From an uncultured cyanobacterium (lineage in GTDB: Bacteria > Cyanobacteriota > Cyanobacteriia > Cyanobacteriales > CAWCAG01): a DNA stretch of 64,000 nucleotides. Of this stretch, positions 28,065 through 39,214 are shown piece by piece. The stretch spans positions 464,839 to 528,838 of the forward strand of contig CAWDOD010000004.1 in assembly GCA_963803805.1 (NCBI GenBank), written 5' to 3'. The notes under the pieces are model-generated. The model was given only the letters and a program-made list of their open reading frames with translations, ran no database searches and had not been told where the DNA came from. The stretch's first letter is position 1, and each line of letters opens with the position of its first letter. The position numbers and the translations under genes were made by a program.

Positions 28065-30686
28065 TTAAGGCGATAATTCTTCTCTTAGTTGCTGCTTTGC
28101 CGTTTCTAAAGCCTCCGGTAACTTACTAGCATCCCTTCCTCCTGCCTGGGCTAAATTAGCCTTGCCACCGCCACCGCCACCACAGATTTTGGCAACGCTG
28201 CCGATGAATTTCCCGGCTTGAAGTCCTTTTTTGTTAATCCCTTTACTAAAAGCAGCAACCAAACTTACCTTATCCTCCCCAGAAATAGAACCCAAAATTA
28301 CTGCACTTTCTCCTAGCTTTTGCTGTAACCTTTCTGCTGCGGTTTTTAAGCTGTTGGGGTCAGCATTTTCTACCGCAGCAACTAAGATTTTAAATTCCCC
28401 AAGAGATTCAACTTGGCTGATAATTTGGTCAGATTTAGCGGCGGTGAGTTCTTGTTTTAAGGCTTCTACTTCCTTTTGAGATGCCTTTAATTCCGTTTGC
28501 AAAGCAGTGATGCGATCGCTGATTTCTTCGGGTTTAATTTTGAAGCGATCGCTTAAGTCTTTAACTACTTTGTCCCGTAGGTTCAAATACTCTAATACTG
28601 CTGTTCCCACCACCGCTTCAATTCTCCTGACTCCAGATGAGACACTACCTTCGGAAGTAATTTTAAATAGACCAATTTCTGCTGTATTGTTAACATGAGT
28701 ACCGCCGCAAAGTTCCAGCGATACACCAGGAACATCCATTACCCTAACTTCATCGCCATATTTTTCCCCAAACATAGCGATCGCCCCTTTTGCTTTTGCT
28801 TCGGTAATGGGCATTACCTCCGTTTGCGTATCCCTCGCCTCAGCAATCCAAGTATTAATTTGTTCTTCGACTTGCTGCACTTCTTCTGGGGTTAAGGAAC
28901 GAGAAAAGTTAAAATCGAAGCGTAAATGGTCGAAAGAAACTAAGGAACCAGCTTGAGAAATGCGGTCATCAACTAGCTGTTTTAAAGCTGCTTGTAAAAG
29001 GTGGGTGGCGGTATGATGTGCTTGTATTTGGCGACGACAACCACGGTCGATTGTAGCATTAACAGGTATTCCTAAAGTTAAGGTTCCCCGTTCCACGCTT
29101 CCAAAGTGAATAAAGGTTTGCCCTTGCTTTTGTACATCTGCAATCCGAACGACTAAATTATCACCGCTTAAAAAGCCGCGATCGCCGATTTGCCCTCCGG
29201 ATTCAGCATAAAAAGGAGTTTGATCGAGTACAAGTTGAACTTTTTCTCCTGCTGTTGCTGATTCAACCCTTTCCCCATCAACCAAAATGGTGGTAACTTG
29301 GCTAGTTGCCGCGAATTCTGTATAACCCACAAACTCTGTCGCTGCCCCAGCTTCTAAAGAACCATTACCCATTAAATCAATGGTTTCATGGGCCAAACGG
29401 GAACTGTCTTTTTGTTCCGCCATCGCTTCCTCAAAGCCCTCTAAATCGATGCTAAAACCCTGTTCAGCAGCAATTTCTTGGGTTAATTCCAAGGGAAAAC
29501 CGTGGGTATCATAAAGGGTAAAAGCATCTCGCCCAGAAATTTGCTTCTGGGAATTGTTGGCTGTTTTAGCAATAATTTCTGCTAGTAACTTTTCCCCTGT
29601 GGCTAAGGTTTTGATAAATTTGCCTTCTTCTGTTTGTAACTCAGCTTTAATTATTTCCTCCCTTTCTTTTACCTGGGGATAAACTTCTTGGGAGAGGGCG
29701 ATCGCCCTCTCAGCAACTTGGTTAATAAACTCTCCTTCAATGCCAATTAATCTACCGTGGCGGACAACACGACGAATCAAACGCCGCAAAATGTAACCTC
29801 GCCCAACATTGGCAGCAGTGATCCCATCAGTAATCATATGTACCACTGCCCGAACATGATCACCAATTACTTTCAAAGATACTTTCGTTTTCTCATCAGC
29901 TTGGTAGTAATCAAGCCCAGCAATTTCCGCAGCAGATTTAATTAAAGGGAAAATCAGATCCGTTTCGTAATTATTAGGAACTTTTTGCAGAATTTGGGCC
30001 ATTCTTTCCAAACCCAAACCTGTATCAATATTCCGTTTAGCTAAGGGGGTTAATGTCCCATCAGCATCCCGATTGTATTGCATAAACACCAGGTTATAAA
30101 ATTCAATAAACCGGCTGTCATCTTCCAAGTCAATTTCTTTGTCCCCTAATTCTGGATGAAAGTCATAATAAATCTCTGAACAAGGACCACAAGGCCCTGT
30201 AGGGCCAGACTTCCAGAAATTATCTTCTGCCCCCATCCTTTGAATACGATGTTCCGGGATGCCAATTTTGTCTCGCCAAATCGCAAAAGCTTCTTCATCT
30301 TCCCTAAAGACGCTAGGAACTAATCTTTCTGGGGGTAAAGCAAATACTTCAGTAGAAAGTTCCCAAGCCCATCTAATGGCTTGTTCCTTAAAATAATCCC
30401 CAAAACTAAAGTTACCCAACATCTCAAAAAAGGTATGATGACGGGCAGTACGTCCTACATTTTCAATATCGTTGGTGCGGATACATTTTTGGGAAGTGGT
30501 GGCACGAAGATATTCTGGGGTTTGCTGTCCCAAAAAGATGGGCTTGAAAGGTAGCATCCCCGCGATAGTTAACAAGACGGTAGGATCTTCCGGCACTAAA
30601 GAAGCACTCTTTAGAATTTGATGTTGCCTTTGCTCATAAAAATCTAAAAATTTCTCTCTAATCTCGTCACCACTAAGATAATTCAT
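28065..30686 (-). CDS. alaS: Alanine--tRNA ligase
   Basis: [52 protein letters not shown]. Confidence 0.98.
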   Translation of the reverse strand: MNYLSGDEIREKFLDFYEQRQHQILKSASLVPEDPTVLLTIAGMLPFKPIFLGQQTPEYLRATTSQKCIRTNDIENVGRTARHHTFFEMLGNFSFGDYFKEQAIRWAWELSTEVFALPPERLVPSVFREDEEAFAIWRDKIGIPEHRIQRMGAEDNFWKSGPTGPCGPCSEIYYDFHPELGDKEIDLEDDSRFIEFYNLVFMQYNRDADGTLTPLAKRNIDTGLGLERMAQILQKVPNNYETDLIFPLIKSAAEIAGLDYYQADEKTKVSLKVIGDHVRAVVHMITDGITAANVGRGYILRRLIRRVVRHGRLIGIEGEFINQVAERAIALSQEVYPQVKEREEIIKAELQTEEGKFIKTLATGEKLLAEIIAKTANNSQKQISGRDAFTLYDTHGFPLELTQEIAAEQGFSIDLEGFEEAMAEQKDSSRLAHETIDLMGNGSLEAGAATEFVGYTEFAATSQVTTILVDGERVESATAGEKVQLVLDQTPFYAESGGQIGDRGFLSGDNLVVRIADVQKQGQTFIHFGSVERGTLTLGIPVNATIDRGCRRQIQAHHTATHLLQAALKQLVDDRISQAGSLVSFDHLRFDFNFSRSLTPEEVQQVEEQINTWIAEARDTQTEVMPITEAKAKGAIAMFGEKYGDEVRVMDVPGVSLELCGGTHVNNTAEIGLFKITSEGSVSSGVRRIEAVVGTAVLEYLNLRDKVVKDLSDRFKIKPEEISDRITALQTELKASQKEVEALKQELTAAKSDQIISQVESLGEFKILVAAVENADPNSLKTAAERLQQKLGESAVILGSISGEDKVSLVAAFSKGINKKGLQAGKFIGSVAKICGGGGGGKANLAQAGGRDASKLPEALETAKQQLREELSP

Positions 30687-31016
30687 ATCATTTAACCTTT
30701 ATCACATTTAACATTTATCCGTAGGGTGGGCATCGCCTACCTTACAACATATATAGTGGAGAAATTCTCACTCGGCATCAGTTTTGCTTTCTCTACTGCT
30801 ATACCGATAAAGAGTTAAAAGATCCGCCCTTTTTATTCTAACTTTCAATCGTCAGAAGTTTCTCTCCTCAGATTTAACAGAGGTAAGGTGCTAAATCTAC
30901 CTTTACCCGAACAGGTGTACAGCTTCCTTTAATGATAATGATTGGTTCTCCGTGCAGAATTTCGTTATCCCGCACAATGTATAAATATTCTGTTGTTTGA
31001 ACTATGACTTATATAT

Positions 31017-31766
31017 ATGGTGCTTGATTTTTGGGCTAAGACTAGCGGAACTTGGATTAATGCTTTGACAGTTTTGCTGGGTACTGTACTCGGCTTGCTA
31101 CTCAAAAATCGTCTCTCTAGTAATATGCAGCAAATCATCACCCAAGGTATTGGCTTATTAACTCTGTGGATAGGCTTAAATATGGCTAATAGCTTACAAA
31201 AAGTGCAAGCTGGAGAAATAGATGGCGCAATTTTAGGGCTGCTTGCTATTGTGATGGGGGGAATTTTAGGAGAATGGTGGCAAATTGAAGGAAAATTGAC
31301 GGCAGTAGGAGAGTGGTTGAAATTAAAGTTTCGGGGACAGGGGCGCTTTACAGAAGGATTTGTGGCAGCTAGTGTCTTGTTTTGCGTAGGGCCAATGGCT
31401 TTAATTGGTAGCTTGAATAACGGCTTAACCGGGGATGATACTTTATTAACGGTGAAAGCAACCATGGATGGTATTGTTTCTATTGCTTTTAGTAGTAGTT
31501 ACGGTGTTGGTGTCGGTTTTTCTGTTTTGGTCATTCTTTTCTATCAAGGAGGACTTTCCCTCACAGCAGGAACATTAGCCCGGTTTTCAAGCGATCCAAG
31601 TAGTGATCCTTCTCTGCTTTTGGTTACCGGAGTAGGAGGATTAATGATTATGGCAATCGGCTTAAGTTTATTGGATATCTTACAAATACGAGTAGCTTCT
31701 TTTCTTCCGGCTATTATTATTGCACCCATTCTTTATTGGGCAAGTACATTTGTTAATTCGTTGTGA
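31017..31766 (+). CDS. DUF554 family membrane protein
   Basis: GTWIN, EGFVAASVLFCVGPM, KATMDG, YQG; multiple TM helices. Confidence 0.88.
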   Translation: MVLDFWAKTSGTWINALTVLLGTVLGLLLKNRLSSNMQQIITQGIGLLTLWIGLNMANSLQKVQAGEIDGAILGLLAIVMGGILGEWWQIEGKLTAVGEWLKLKFRGQGRFTEGFVAASVLFCVGPMALIGSLNNGLTGDDTLLTVKATMDGIVSIAFSSSYGVGVGFSVLVILFYQGGLSLTAGTLARFSSDPSSDPSLLLVTGVGGLMIMAIGLSLLDILQIRVASFLPAIIIAPILYWASTFVNSL

Positions 31767-31927
31767 TGAAAAAGTTTATTTCTTTATTGATTAGTAGTAT
31801 TGCCTGTTTATCTTTGGGTAGTTTAGCTGCTTGCGGCGATCGCACTCAAATGGAAGCCTACACTTTAAAAAGAAGTATTTTGCAATCATTCTGGCACTTC
31901 TCAAGATTTTGTCCCCTTAAACTTTAG
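31766..31927 (+). pseudogene. Probable 5' remnant of a lipoprotein gene (53 codons)
   Basis: TGATG coupling to the DUF554 stop; MKKFISLLISSIACLSLGSLAAC-G lipobox followed by a short non-descript tail. Confidence 0.45.
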
Positions 31928-31952
31928 CTACGACGATTAATTCAATGACGAT

Positions 31953-31986
31953 AAAGTATGGGTTAAATCAAAGTATGGGTTAAATC
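31953..31986. repeat. 17-bp perfect tandem duplication
   Basis: AAAGTATGGGTTAAATC x2. Confidence 0.85.
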
Positions 31987-31993
31987 TCAATTT

Positions 31994-32542
31994 TTAATTT
32001 TTAATCGCCCCTGCCCGACAATCCCTTAACCACAAACTCACCGCTTGTCCAACCACACTATCACTAGTTTCTCTTGGTGGAGTTGGGGGACGTTCTTTTA
32101 AATTAGAACCAAAGCGAGAAAAGACCATTGACATTCTCCAACCTCCCTCAGTTTGAGATAAAAACAACCAATGATAATTCTCTCTTTTCTCTACTTTATT
32201 GTTAATGTATTGCCTTTCTAAGGTTGTGAAAAATATTTGTTCCGGTGGTTCAACTTCTTCAATAGGAGGAACAGAAGTATATTGATTTGGAGTAAGATCA
32301 AGAGGTTCAAACTCTGCTTTTCCGGCAATAAGCACATAACTATATAAATCAACTTCCCTATCCAATCTTCGCGCCCTTTGAATAACGCGATTAGCATAAT
32401 GAGGTAAGTCAATTAACATTTTCTCTGTCAAAATTTCCACATCTTCTGGACAAGAATTGGAAGTGTTTTGAGCATTAGCAGGTAAGGAATTTAATAAGCT
32501 CAAGGTTTGAATAATACTAACAATTAATAAGCTATTTCTCAT
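31994..32542 (-). CDS. Conserved cyanobacterial secreted hypothetical protein
   Basis: Signal peptide; CP..DLPHYANRV..QIFFTTLERQY..HWLFL..WLRDC. Confidence 0.75.
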   Translation of the reverse strand: MRNSLLIVSIIQTLSLLNSLPANAQNTSNSCPEDVEILTEKMLIDLPHYANRVIQRARRLDREVDLYSYVLIAGKAEFEPLDLTPNQYTSVPPIEEVEPPEQIFFTTLERQYINNKVEKRENYHWLFLSQTEGGWRMSMVFSRFGSNLKERPPTPPRETSDSVVGQAVSLWLRDCRAGAIKN

Positions 32543-32568
32543 ATAGTTTTAATCTTTTCCATTGCCTC

Positions 32569-33282
32569 TTATGCCGATGCGGGGTCGCACCCCAATTCTG
32601 TACAAATCCTCTCCAAGGCAATTAGGGGTTCCTCAGCCGCAGTAATTGGTCTACCAATGACCAAAAAGTCAGCACCCGCTTTAATTGCTTGGGTTGGGGT
32701 CATAAACCGCTTCTGATCGCCTTTTTCTGACCAACTTGGCCGCACTCCAGGACAAACCAACAAAAAATTATGACCGCAAGTTTGCCGTAGTTGACTTGCT
32801 TCTTGGGGTGAACAAACTGCCCCATCTATACCTGCTTCTTTAGCTAATAAAGCCATTTGTAAAGCATATTCTGGCAATTCTAGGGGAATTTTCAAATCAA
32901 AAGCGAGATCACGAGAACTTAAGCTAGTTAATAAAGTAATTGCCAGTAACTTAGGGGAAGAGTCACCTTTTCCTATCGCTTCAACTGCTGCTTTTAGGGC
33001 ATGATGACCAGCAGTAGCATGGATCGTAATTAAGTCTACACCATAATTTTTGGCAGCACGACAAGCCCCCGCAACAGTGTTAGAAATATCATGGAATTTT
33101 AAGTCTAAAAAGATGCGTTTATCTCGTTTCTTTAGAAGACTCAAAATTTCTGGTCCACTACTAACAAATAACTCTAAACCAACTTTCCAAAAGCCCACTT
33201 CTGGCAACTTTTCGACAAGGGCGATCGCTTCTTCAATACTAGAGACATCTAAAGGGACAATGATACGTTCAATTGGTTTCAT
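32569..33282 (-). CDS. pyrF: Orotidine-5'-phosphate decarboxylase
   Basis: [31 protein letters not shown]. Confidence 0.97.
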   Translation of the reverse strand: MKPIERIIVPLDVSSIEEAIALVEKLPEVGFWKVGLELFVSSGPEILSLLKKRDKRIFLDLKFHDISNTVAGACRAAKNYGVDLITIHATAGHHALKAAVEAIGKGDSSPKLLAITLLTSLSSRDLAFDLKIPLELPEYALQMALLAKEAGIDGAVCSPQEASQLRQTCGHNFLLVCPGVRPSWSEKGDQKRFMTPTQAIKAGADFLVIGRPITAAEEPLIALERICTELGCDPASA

Positions 33283-33366
33283 AACAGGAAGTAGGGAATA
33301 GTCAATAGGTAAAAGTTACAACTTCATTGGTCACTGACAAACAAATTTCTGATCATTGATCATTGT

Positions 33367-34590
33367 TCACTGAACAAGCCTTACCGAGTTGTTTTTGCCT
33401 ACTTGAAGAACCTTATTTACTAACTCTTCGGGAGTATCAAAAGTGAGATTAACATCTGTGACCTTTTCTCCTTCTAAACGCACCCCCCCTCCTTGGACTT
33501 TTTTGCGCCCTTCGCTGCTACTTTTACACAAACCACTTGCCCCTAAAAGGTAAAATAACTTAGCAGGAAACGTAACTCCAGATAAAGAATATTCTGGTAT
33601 TGCTTTTGCGGCGGCAGTATTTCCTTGGGCTATTTTTTCAGCATCTTTTTGAGCAAGTTTCGCTGCTTCTTCCCCATGAAAGTGTTTAGTTACTTCTAAT
33701 GCCAAAAGCTTTTGACCTTCTCGTGGATTTTTCGGTAGTTGATTTGAAGACAAATTGGTAAGAAGCTCAAAGTATTGACTTAATAAAGCGTCTGGTACTT
33801 TTTGTAATCCAGAGTACATTCTGAAAGCACTGTCTTGCAAACCAACATAATTGTCAAGGGATTTAGACATTTTCTGTACCCCATCACTACCAATCAAAAT
33901 TGGTAATAACAAACCAAATTGAGGTTGCTGATTAAAATGTCTTTGTAAGTCTCTACCTACGGCAATATTGAACTTTTGGTCAGTTGCTCCTAATTCTACA
34001 TCCGCCTCCACTGCTACAGAATCGTAGCCCTGCATCAGAGGATAAAGAAACTCATGGAGGTAAATAGGATTTTCTCTTTCGTAGCGTTCAGCAAATCCTT
34101 CTTTAGCTAACATTTGCCCTACGGTCATCCTAGACAATAGCTCTAGAATTTTGACCATATCTAACTTACTTAACCATTCAGAATTGTAACGAATCTCTAA
34201 ACGTTCCTGATGATCAAAATCAAGTACAGAATGTAGTTGATCTAAATAGGTTTGAGCATTTTGCTTAACTTGGTCAGGAGTTAGCTGTTCGCGAACCTTT
34301 GATTTTCCTGTGGGATCACCAATCTGGGCAGTAAAATCACCAATAATAACCACGGCTGTATGGCCAGCATCTTGGAAAGCGCGTAACTTCCGAAAAGGAA
34401 TACTATGACCTAAATGTAAATCTGTACCAGTAGGATCAATTCCTAGCTTAACTCGCAAAGGGCGATCGCTTTTAATGAGACGTTGAACTAAATTTTCACT
34501 CTGATCTTGACTATCTGGTTGATGAGGAAAAATTTCACTAGTTCCTCGGTAAAGCCAAGCAAAATCTTGATTCTGAGACAAAGAAGACAT
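33367..34590 (-). CDS. tyrS: Tyrosine--tRNA ligase
   Basis: [24 protein letters not shown]-terminal S4 domain. Confidence 0.97.
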   Translation of the reverse strand: MSSLSQNQDFAWLYRGTSEIFPHQPDSQDQSENLVQRLIKSDRPLRVKLGIDPTGTDLHLGHSIPFRKLRAFQDAGHTAVVIIGDFTAQIGDPTGKSKVREQLTPDQVKQNAQTYLDQLHSVLDFDHQERLEIRYNSEWLSKLDMVKILELLSRMTVGQMLAKEGFAERYERENPIYLHEFLYPLMQGYDSVAVEADVELGATDQKFNIAVGRDLQRHFNQQPQFGLLLPILIGSDGVQKMSKSLDNYVGLQDSAFRMYSGLQKVPDALLSQYFELLTNLSSNQLPKNPREGQKLLALEVTKHFHGEEAAKLAQKDAEKIAQGNTAAAKAIPEYSLSGVTFPAKLFYLLGASGLCKSSSEGRKKVQGGGVRLEGEKVTDVNLTFDTPEELVNKVLQVGKNNSVRLVQ

Positions 34591-34921
34591 TTAGGTTAGA
34601 AAAAATTAAACTAAAATAACTGAGTGGCCAAGCAAGGCTTTTAGCCAAACAAATTTTAAGAAGTGGAACTTCATGTAGTTTACTACTAGTTTAATTCCCT
34701 TTATCTTACTGAATATGGAATGTATACTTAATACTCAAATATACCATGCACTACGAAATGCTAAGGTTCAAGCAACATTGGCATCAAAAAATTAAATTGG
34801 GGAATCTACGCGCTCAAGATTAGGAAATTGACTCAGGAGTAATTTTTTACCTTGGTAATGTCAATCCCTTGTTTACTGTAGCGCTGTTAGTCTTTGTTCT
34901 GAGTGAGGAAGTGAAATCGCC

Positions 34922-36847
34922 GTGTCGTCCAGTACTATTCGACAAAAGCAAAAACCAGAAAAGAGAAAGGAGAAAAAGCCTTCTGTTTCCCCGATTACAA
35001 GTTTCACCAAGGGGATAGTTAAGGCAACTGGGGGGACTCTACTCGGCATTACTATGTTGGGGAGTTCAGTTATCGCCGGAGGATTAGTTGGCTTAGCTGT
35101 CAGCTTCCGAAACCTGCCTGATGTGAGGGTATTACGTAACTATGCCCCCACAGAAACTACATATATTTATGATATTAAGGGTAAATCTTTAGCCAGCATC
35201 CACGGTGAAGCAAACCGGGAAGTCGTTAAGCTAGAGAAAATCTCCCCTAATTTGAAAAGAGCGGTATTAGCAATTGAAGATAGCCACTTTTACCTGCACC
35301 AAGGAATTAACCCCAATAGTGTCGGACGTGCCTTAGTTGCCAACTATCGTAAAGGGGGTATTGTTGAAGGTGGTTCAACAATCACCATGCAGTTGGTCAA
35401 AAACCTCTTTTTATCTCGCGAAAGAAGCTTTAACCGTAAACTAGCAGAAGCTGTACTGGCAATTCGCCTAGAACAAATTTTCACTAAAGACCAAATTCTC
35501 GAAATGTACCTCAATGGTATTTATTGGGGACATAATAGTTATGGTGTAGAAACTGCTGCTCAAAGTTACTTCGGTAAATCGGCTTCCGAGTTGGATTTAG
35601 CAGAGTCAGCAGTTATGGCAGGGTTGATTCAAGCCCCAGAAGAATACAGTCCTTTTATAAAATACGAAAATACTAAGATTAGACAAACAGCCGTCCTTGA
35701 TCGAATGCAAACCTTGGGCTGGATTAGCGCCCAAGAAGCTGAAGCAGCCAAAAAAGAACCTTTATTAATTGGTAAACCTACTGCTTGGCAAGGTATTGAA
35801 CTACCTTACATTACAGAAGCAGTTATTGCTGAATTAACAGAGCGTTTTGGTAAGGATGCCGTGCTGAAAGGAGGAATGCGGGTTCAAACCACCATTGATT
35901 ATAACTTCCAAACAAGAGCTGAGGAAGTTGTTCAAAGCTCCCACCGTAGCGTTAGCGGCTTTGCTGATCAAATTGCCCTAGCAGCAGTTGATCCCCGTAC
36001 TCATTTTGTTAAGGCTTTAGTTGGTGGTTCTAGTTACGAAAAAAGCCAGTATAACAGAGCAATTCAAGCCCGTCGCCAACCCGGTTCTTCCTTTAAACCT
36101 TTCGTTTACTATACAGCCTTTGCTTCAGGCAAATATACTCCCTACTCAACAGTTATGGATACCCCCGTAAGGTATAGGGATGGAGGGGCTTACTACTCTC
36201 CGCAAAACTACGGCGGTGGTTATTCAGGAGCCATGAGTATCCGTAATGCTTTGATTCAATCAGCCAATGTTCCGGCGGTAAAAATGGGTAAAGCTGTGGG
36301 GTTAGATAAGGTCATTGAAGTTTGTCGCGCCTTGGGTATAAAAAGCCCCTTAGAACCCGTAGTTTCCTTGCCTTTAGGTGCTATTGGTGTTACTCCTTTA
36401 GAAATGGCAGGGGCCTATGCTACTTTTGCTAGTAATGGTTGGCACTCTGACCCCACGATTATTTTTCGAGTCACTGATAGTAGTGGCACGGTTTTATTGG
36501 ATAATACCCCAGAGCCAAAATTAATTCTTGACCCTTGGGCAACAGCTTCCCTTACCAGTGTCTTAACTGGGGTAATCAGCGGAGGAACAGGGACTAATGC
36601 CCAAATAGGTAGGCCAGCAGCCGGGAAAACAGGAACAACATCCTCGGAGAGGGATGTTTGGTTTGTTGGGTATGTTCCTCAACTTGCTGTAGCAGTTTGG
36701 ATTGGTAATGACAATTACCGACCGATGGGAGGAGGAGTGACAGGAGGTGGGCAAGCAGCACCAATTTGGGGACGCTTTATGCGTGAAGCTCTCAAAAATG
36801 AGCCGGTGATGAACTTCCCCTCTCCTTCTAAATTTCCCAGACCTTAG
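34922..36847 (+). CDS. Class A penicillin-binding protein (PBP1A family, transglycosylase/transpeptidase)
   Basis: EDSHF, GGSTITMQL, RKLAE; SSFK, SAN, KTG. Confidence 0.95.
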   Translation: MSSSTIRQKQKPEKRKEKKPSVSPITSFTKGIVKATGGTLLGITMLGSSVIAGGLVGLAVSFRNLPDVRVLRNYAPTETTYIYDIKGKSLASIHGEANREVVKLEKISPNLKRAVLAIEDSHFYLHQGINPNSVGRALVANYRKGGIVEGGSTITMQLVKNLFLSRERSFNRKLAEAVLAIRLEQIFTKDQILEMYLNGIYWGHNSYGVETAAQSYFGKSASELDLAESAVMAGLIQAPEEYSPFIKYENTKIRQTAVLDRMQTLGWISAQEAEAAKKEPLLIGKPTAWQGIELPYITEAVIAELTERFGKDAVLKGGMRVQTTIDYNFQTRAEEVVQSSHRSVSGFADQIALAAVDPRTHFVKALVGGSSYEKSQYNRAIQARRQPGSSFKPFVYYTAFASGKYTPYSTVMDTPVRYRDGGAYYSPQNYGGGYSGAMSIRNALIQSANVPAVKMGKAVGLDKVIEVCRALGIKSPLEPVVSLPLGAIGVTPLEMAGAYATFASNGWHSDPTIIFRVTDSSGTVLLDNTPEPKLILDPWATASLTSVLTGVISGGTGTNAQIGRPAAGKTGTTSSERDVWFVGYVPQLAVAVWIGNDNYRPMGGGVTGGGQAAPIWGRFMREALKNEPVMNFPSPSKFPRP

Positions 36848-36855
36848 CCCGTAAG

Positions 36856-37179
36856 CTACTTCTGATTTTCTAGCTCAGACTTCATCCGCTCAAGGGTCAC
36901 GTTCATTTGCTCAAACATCTGCTGGGGCGTGATCCCAAACTGATTAAGCTGGGTATTAAGCTGTTGCATCGTCATTTGAGCCATAAAATCATCAGAAAGT
37001 TCAAAGCGCTTCATAAAAATACGATAGCGCTCCATCATATTTTCCATCTTTTCGATATACAGCTTTTTCCCTTCACGGTCGAATTTACCGTAATCTCCAC
37101 CAAGAGTCATTAGAGACTGGTAATCCTGGAATAGCTGTTTGGCTTCTTGCTGAACGACTTCTGAGTCAAAAAATCCCAT
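36856..37179 (-). CDS. DUF1825 family protein
   Basis: FFDSEVVQQEAK..FDREGKK..RFELSDD. Confidence 0.85.
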   Translation of the reverse strand: MGFFDSEVVQQEAKQLFQDYQSLMTLGGDYGKFDREGKKLYIEKMENMMERYRIFMKRFELSDDFMAQMTMQQLNTQLNQFGITPQQMFEQMNVTLERMKSELENQK

Positions 37180-37364
37180 TGTTTTTGAGTTTTTATTTTA
37201 TAAATAGATATGTGACCAACTATAGTGTTGGAGCGCTTATCTCTCATTTTAAAGTAGTAGAAATTAACCGTAAAATAGAGATTCCCGTATAAGGAGATTT
37301 TCCTTTCGTCAATAATGTCAAGAAATCAATATTATAGAGGGGAAGCAAAGTTATTTGAGATGGC

Positions 37365-37760
37365 ATGATGGAGAACAAGCTGGGCAAACCAAAAAGTCGT
37401 AAGGTAGCTGTGTTCTTGGCTTTGCTAGGAACGATAACTCCCTTAGCCGGGTTACATAAGTTCTATTTAGGACAACCTTTATGGGGAATTTGTTATCTCC
37501 TACTTTTGTCAACCCCTATCCCCCGCATTGCCTGTGCTATTGAAATAGTTTGGTATTTTGTCCAGGATCAAGAAGACTTTGAACGTCGTTTCAACCAAAA
37601 ACAACCAGCACAATATAGCCAATCACCAACAATAGAAACTAATCAAGTTGGGGCGATCGCTGATTCTCTAAGACAATTAGATCAGTTGCGTCAAGAAGGT
37701 TTAATGTCAGAGTATGAATTTGAACAAAAACGTCGTCAATTGCTTAATCGGATTGCGTGA
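37365..37760 (+). CDS. TM2/NINE-domain protein with C-terminal SHOCT domain
   Basis: KSRKVAVFLA..GLHKFYLGQ; LRQLDQLRQEGLMSEYEFEQKRRQLL. Confidence 0.85.
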   Translation: MMENKLGKPKSRKVAVFLALLGTITPLAGLHKFYLGQPLWGICYLLLLSTPIPRIACAIEIVWYFVQDQEDFERRFNQKQPAQYSQSPTIETNQVGAIADSLRQLDQLRQEGLMSEYEFEQKRRQLLNRIA

Positions 37761-37771
37761 TACCAAATTAG

Positions 37772-37884
37772 TAAGCTGTCAAGCAATTAGATTATCTATG
37801 GGGACAAGGTAATGTTTGATAGGTAACAACTTTAGCTTATTTTAGTTAACTCAACAATATGTCTTTTAAATGCGTAACAGCTTA
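37772..37884. repeat. MITE-like element, family B
   Basis: Terminal IR TAAGCTGTCAAGCA / TGCGTAACAGCTTA (12/14); isolated right ends also near 17490-17511 and 39190-39214. Confidence 0.6.
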
Positions 37885-37964
37885 GTCTATCAATTTTCAA
37901 TTGACGGGTAAAGGGCAGAAGGAGAAAGGGGAAAGAGCAATAAATGTTTAATGATAAATGATCA

Positions 37965-38510
37965 ATGACAATACTCAAGTGGTTATCTACGTCTAAACTC
38001 AACCCTTATCAATTAAGGATTAGAGCTAAAATTTTGCAAGACCCTTATTACCGAATGCAATCGGTAGCAGAAATTGAGGTGGCAGCAACTTTGGGTCTTA
38101 AAATTGATGTTAATCAAGCTAGTGTAGATGATTGGTTAAGATTACCTGGTATATCTATTCATCAAGCGCGATCACTGGTTGAATTAACTAGTTTGGGGGT
38201 GCAACTTTTATGTCTAGAAGATATCGCCTCAGCTATCAGTATTCCCCTACAGCACATCCAAACTTGGGAACCTATCCTCCATTTTTATTATTACGAACCA
38301 GAAAATGCTCTTAATCCTCAAAGAGTAAACCCAAATAGCGCCTCAGTGCAGCAATTGAGTCAGATTCCTTTGTTAGAAGCATCTTTAGCTCAAAAAATCG
38401 TTCAAAGCCGCCTTGATGAAGGTTATTACCGCAATCTAGCTGACTTACAACGTCGCCTTAATCTAGATAGTGAGTTGGTTTCTCGATTAATGTATTATTT
38501 ACAATTTTGA
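37965..38510 (+). CDS. ComEA-family helix-hairpin-helix DNA-binding protein
   Basis: IDVNQASVDDWLRLPGISIHQA and VNPNSASVQQLSQIP HhH repeats. Confidence 0.85.
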   Translation: MTILKWLSTSKLNPYQLRIRAKILQDPYYRMQSVAEIEVAATLGLKIDVNQASVDDWLRLPGISIHQARSLVELTSLGVQLLCLEDIASAISIPLQHIQTWEPILHFYYYEPENALNPQRVNPNSASVQQLSQIPLLEASLAQKIVQSRLDEGYYRNLADLQRRLNLDSELVSRLMYYLQF

Positions 38511-38540
38511 TCAGATTGACCTCTACACAAAAGACTCTTC

Positions 38541-39149
38541 ATGGTTCAACTATTACCAAAACTACTAACCTTTGATGAATTTATTGAATGGTTGCCAGAG
38601 AATAGACGCTATGAACTACGTAATGGGAAAATTGTAGAAATGCAACCGACAGGAAAGCACGAAGATGTTACAGGATTTCTCAGCCAAGAACTAACCCTGG
38701 AATATACTCGAATGCAACTGCCCTATCGTATTCCTCCCAAAGTCTTGGTCAAACCTAGGGATAAAGAAACAGGTTACAACCCTGACTTATTAATAATTGA
38801 TCGTTCCCAGCTAGAATTAGAGCCTTTATGGGAAAAAAAATCTACACTGATTTGTGGAGAATCTATTCCCCTAATTATCGAGGTAGTTAGCACCAACTGG
38901 CGTGACGATTATGGTTACAAACTTATTGACTACGAAGCAATAGGCATTCGTGAATACTGGATTGTAGATTATCTTGGTTTGGGGGGAGTACGCTTTATTG
39001 GTCATCCCAAACAACCGACTCTCTCTATCTATCAGCTTATTGATGAAGAATACCAAGTACAGCAATTTAGAGACAGTCAAACTATATCTTCACCAACATT
39101 TCCAGAACTTAAATTGACTGCTGAGCAGATTTTTCAAGCTCAAAGATAG
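38541..39149 (+). CDS. Uma2 family endonuclease-like protein
   Basis: RYELRNG, PDL, IIEVVSTNWRDDY, YEAIGIREYWIVD. Confidence 0.9.
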   Translation: MVQLLPKLLTFDEFIEWLPENRRYELRNGKIVEMQPTGKHEDVTGFLSQELTLEYTRMQLPYRIPPKVLVKPRDKETGYNPDLLIIDRSQLELEPLWEKKSTLICGESIPLIIEVVSTNWRDDYGYKLIDYEAIGIREYWIVDYLGLGGVRFIGHPKQPTLSIYQLIDEEYQVQQFRDSQTISSPTFPELKLTAEQIFQAQR

Positions 39150-39214
39150 TTAGCACACAAGCAGGGGGAGTGAGAACTTTTAACAACTAGGTGATCTAAA
39201 TACCTGACAACTTA

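Noticed and set aside
30965-31465. 166-aa minus-strand ORF
   Set aside because: Antisense shadow of the DUF554 gene.
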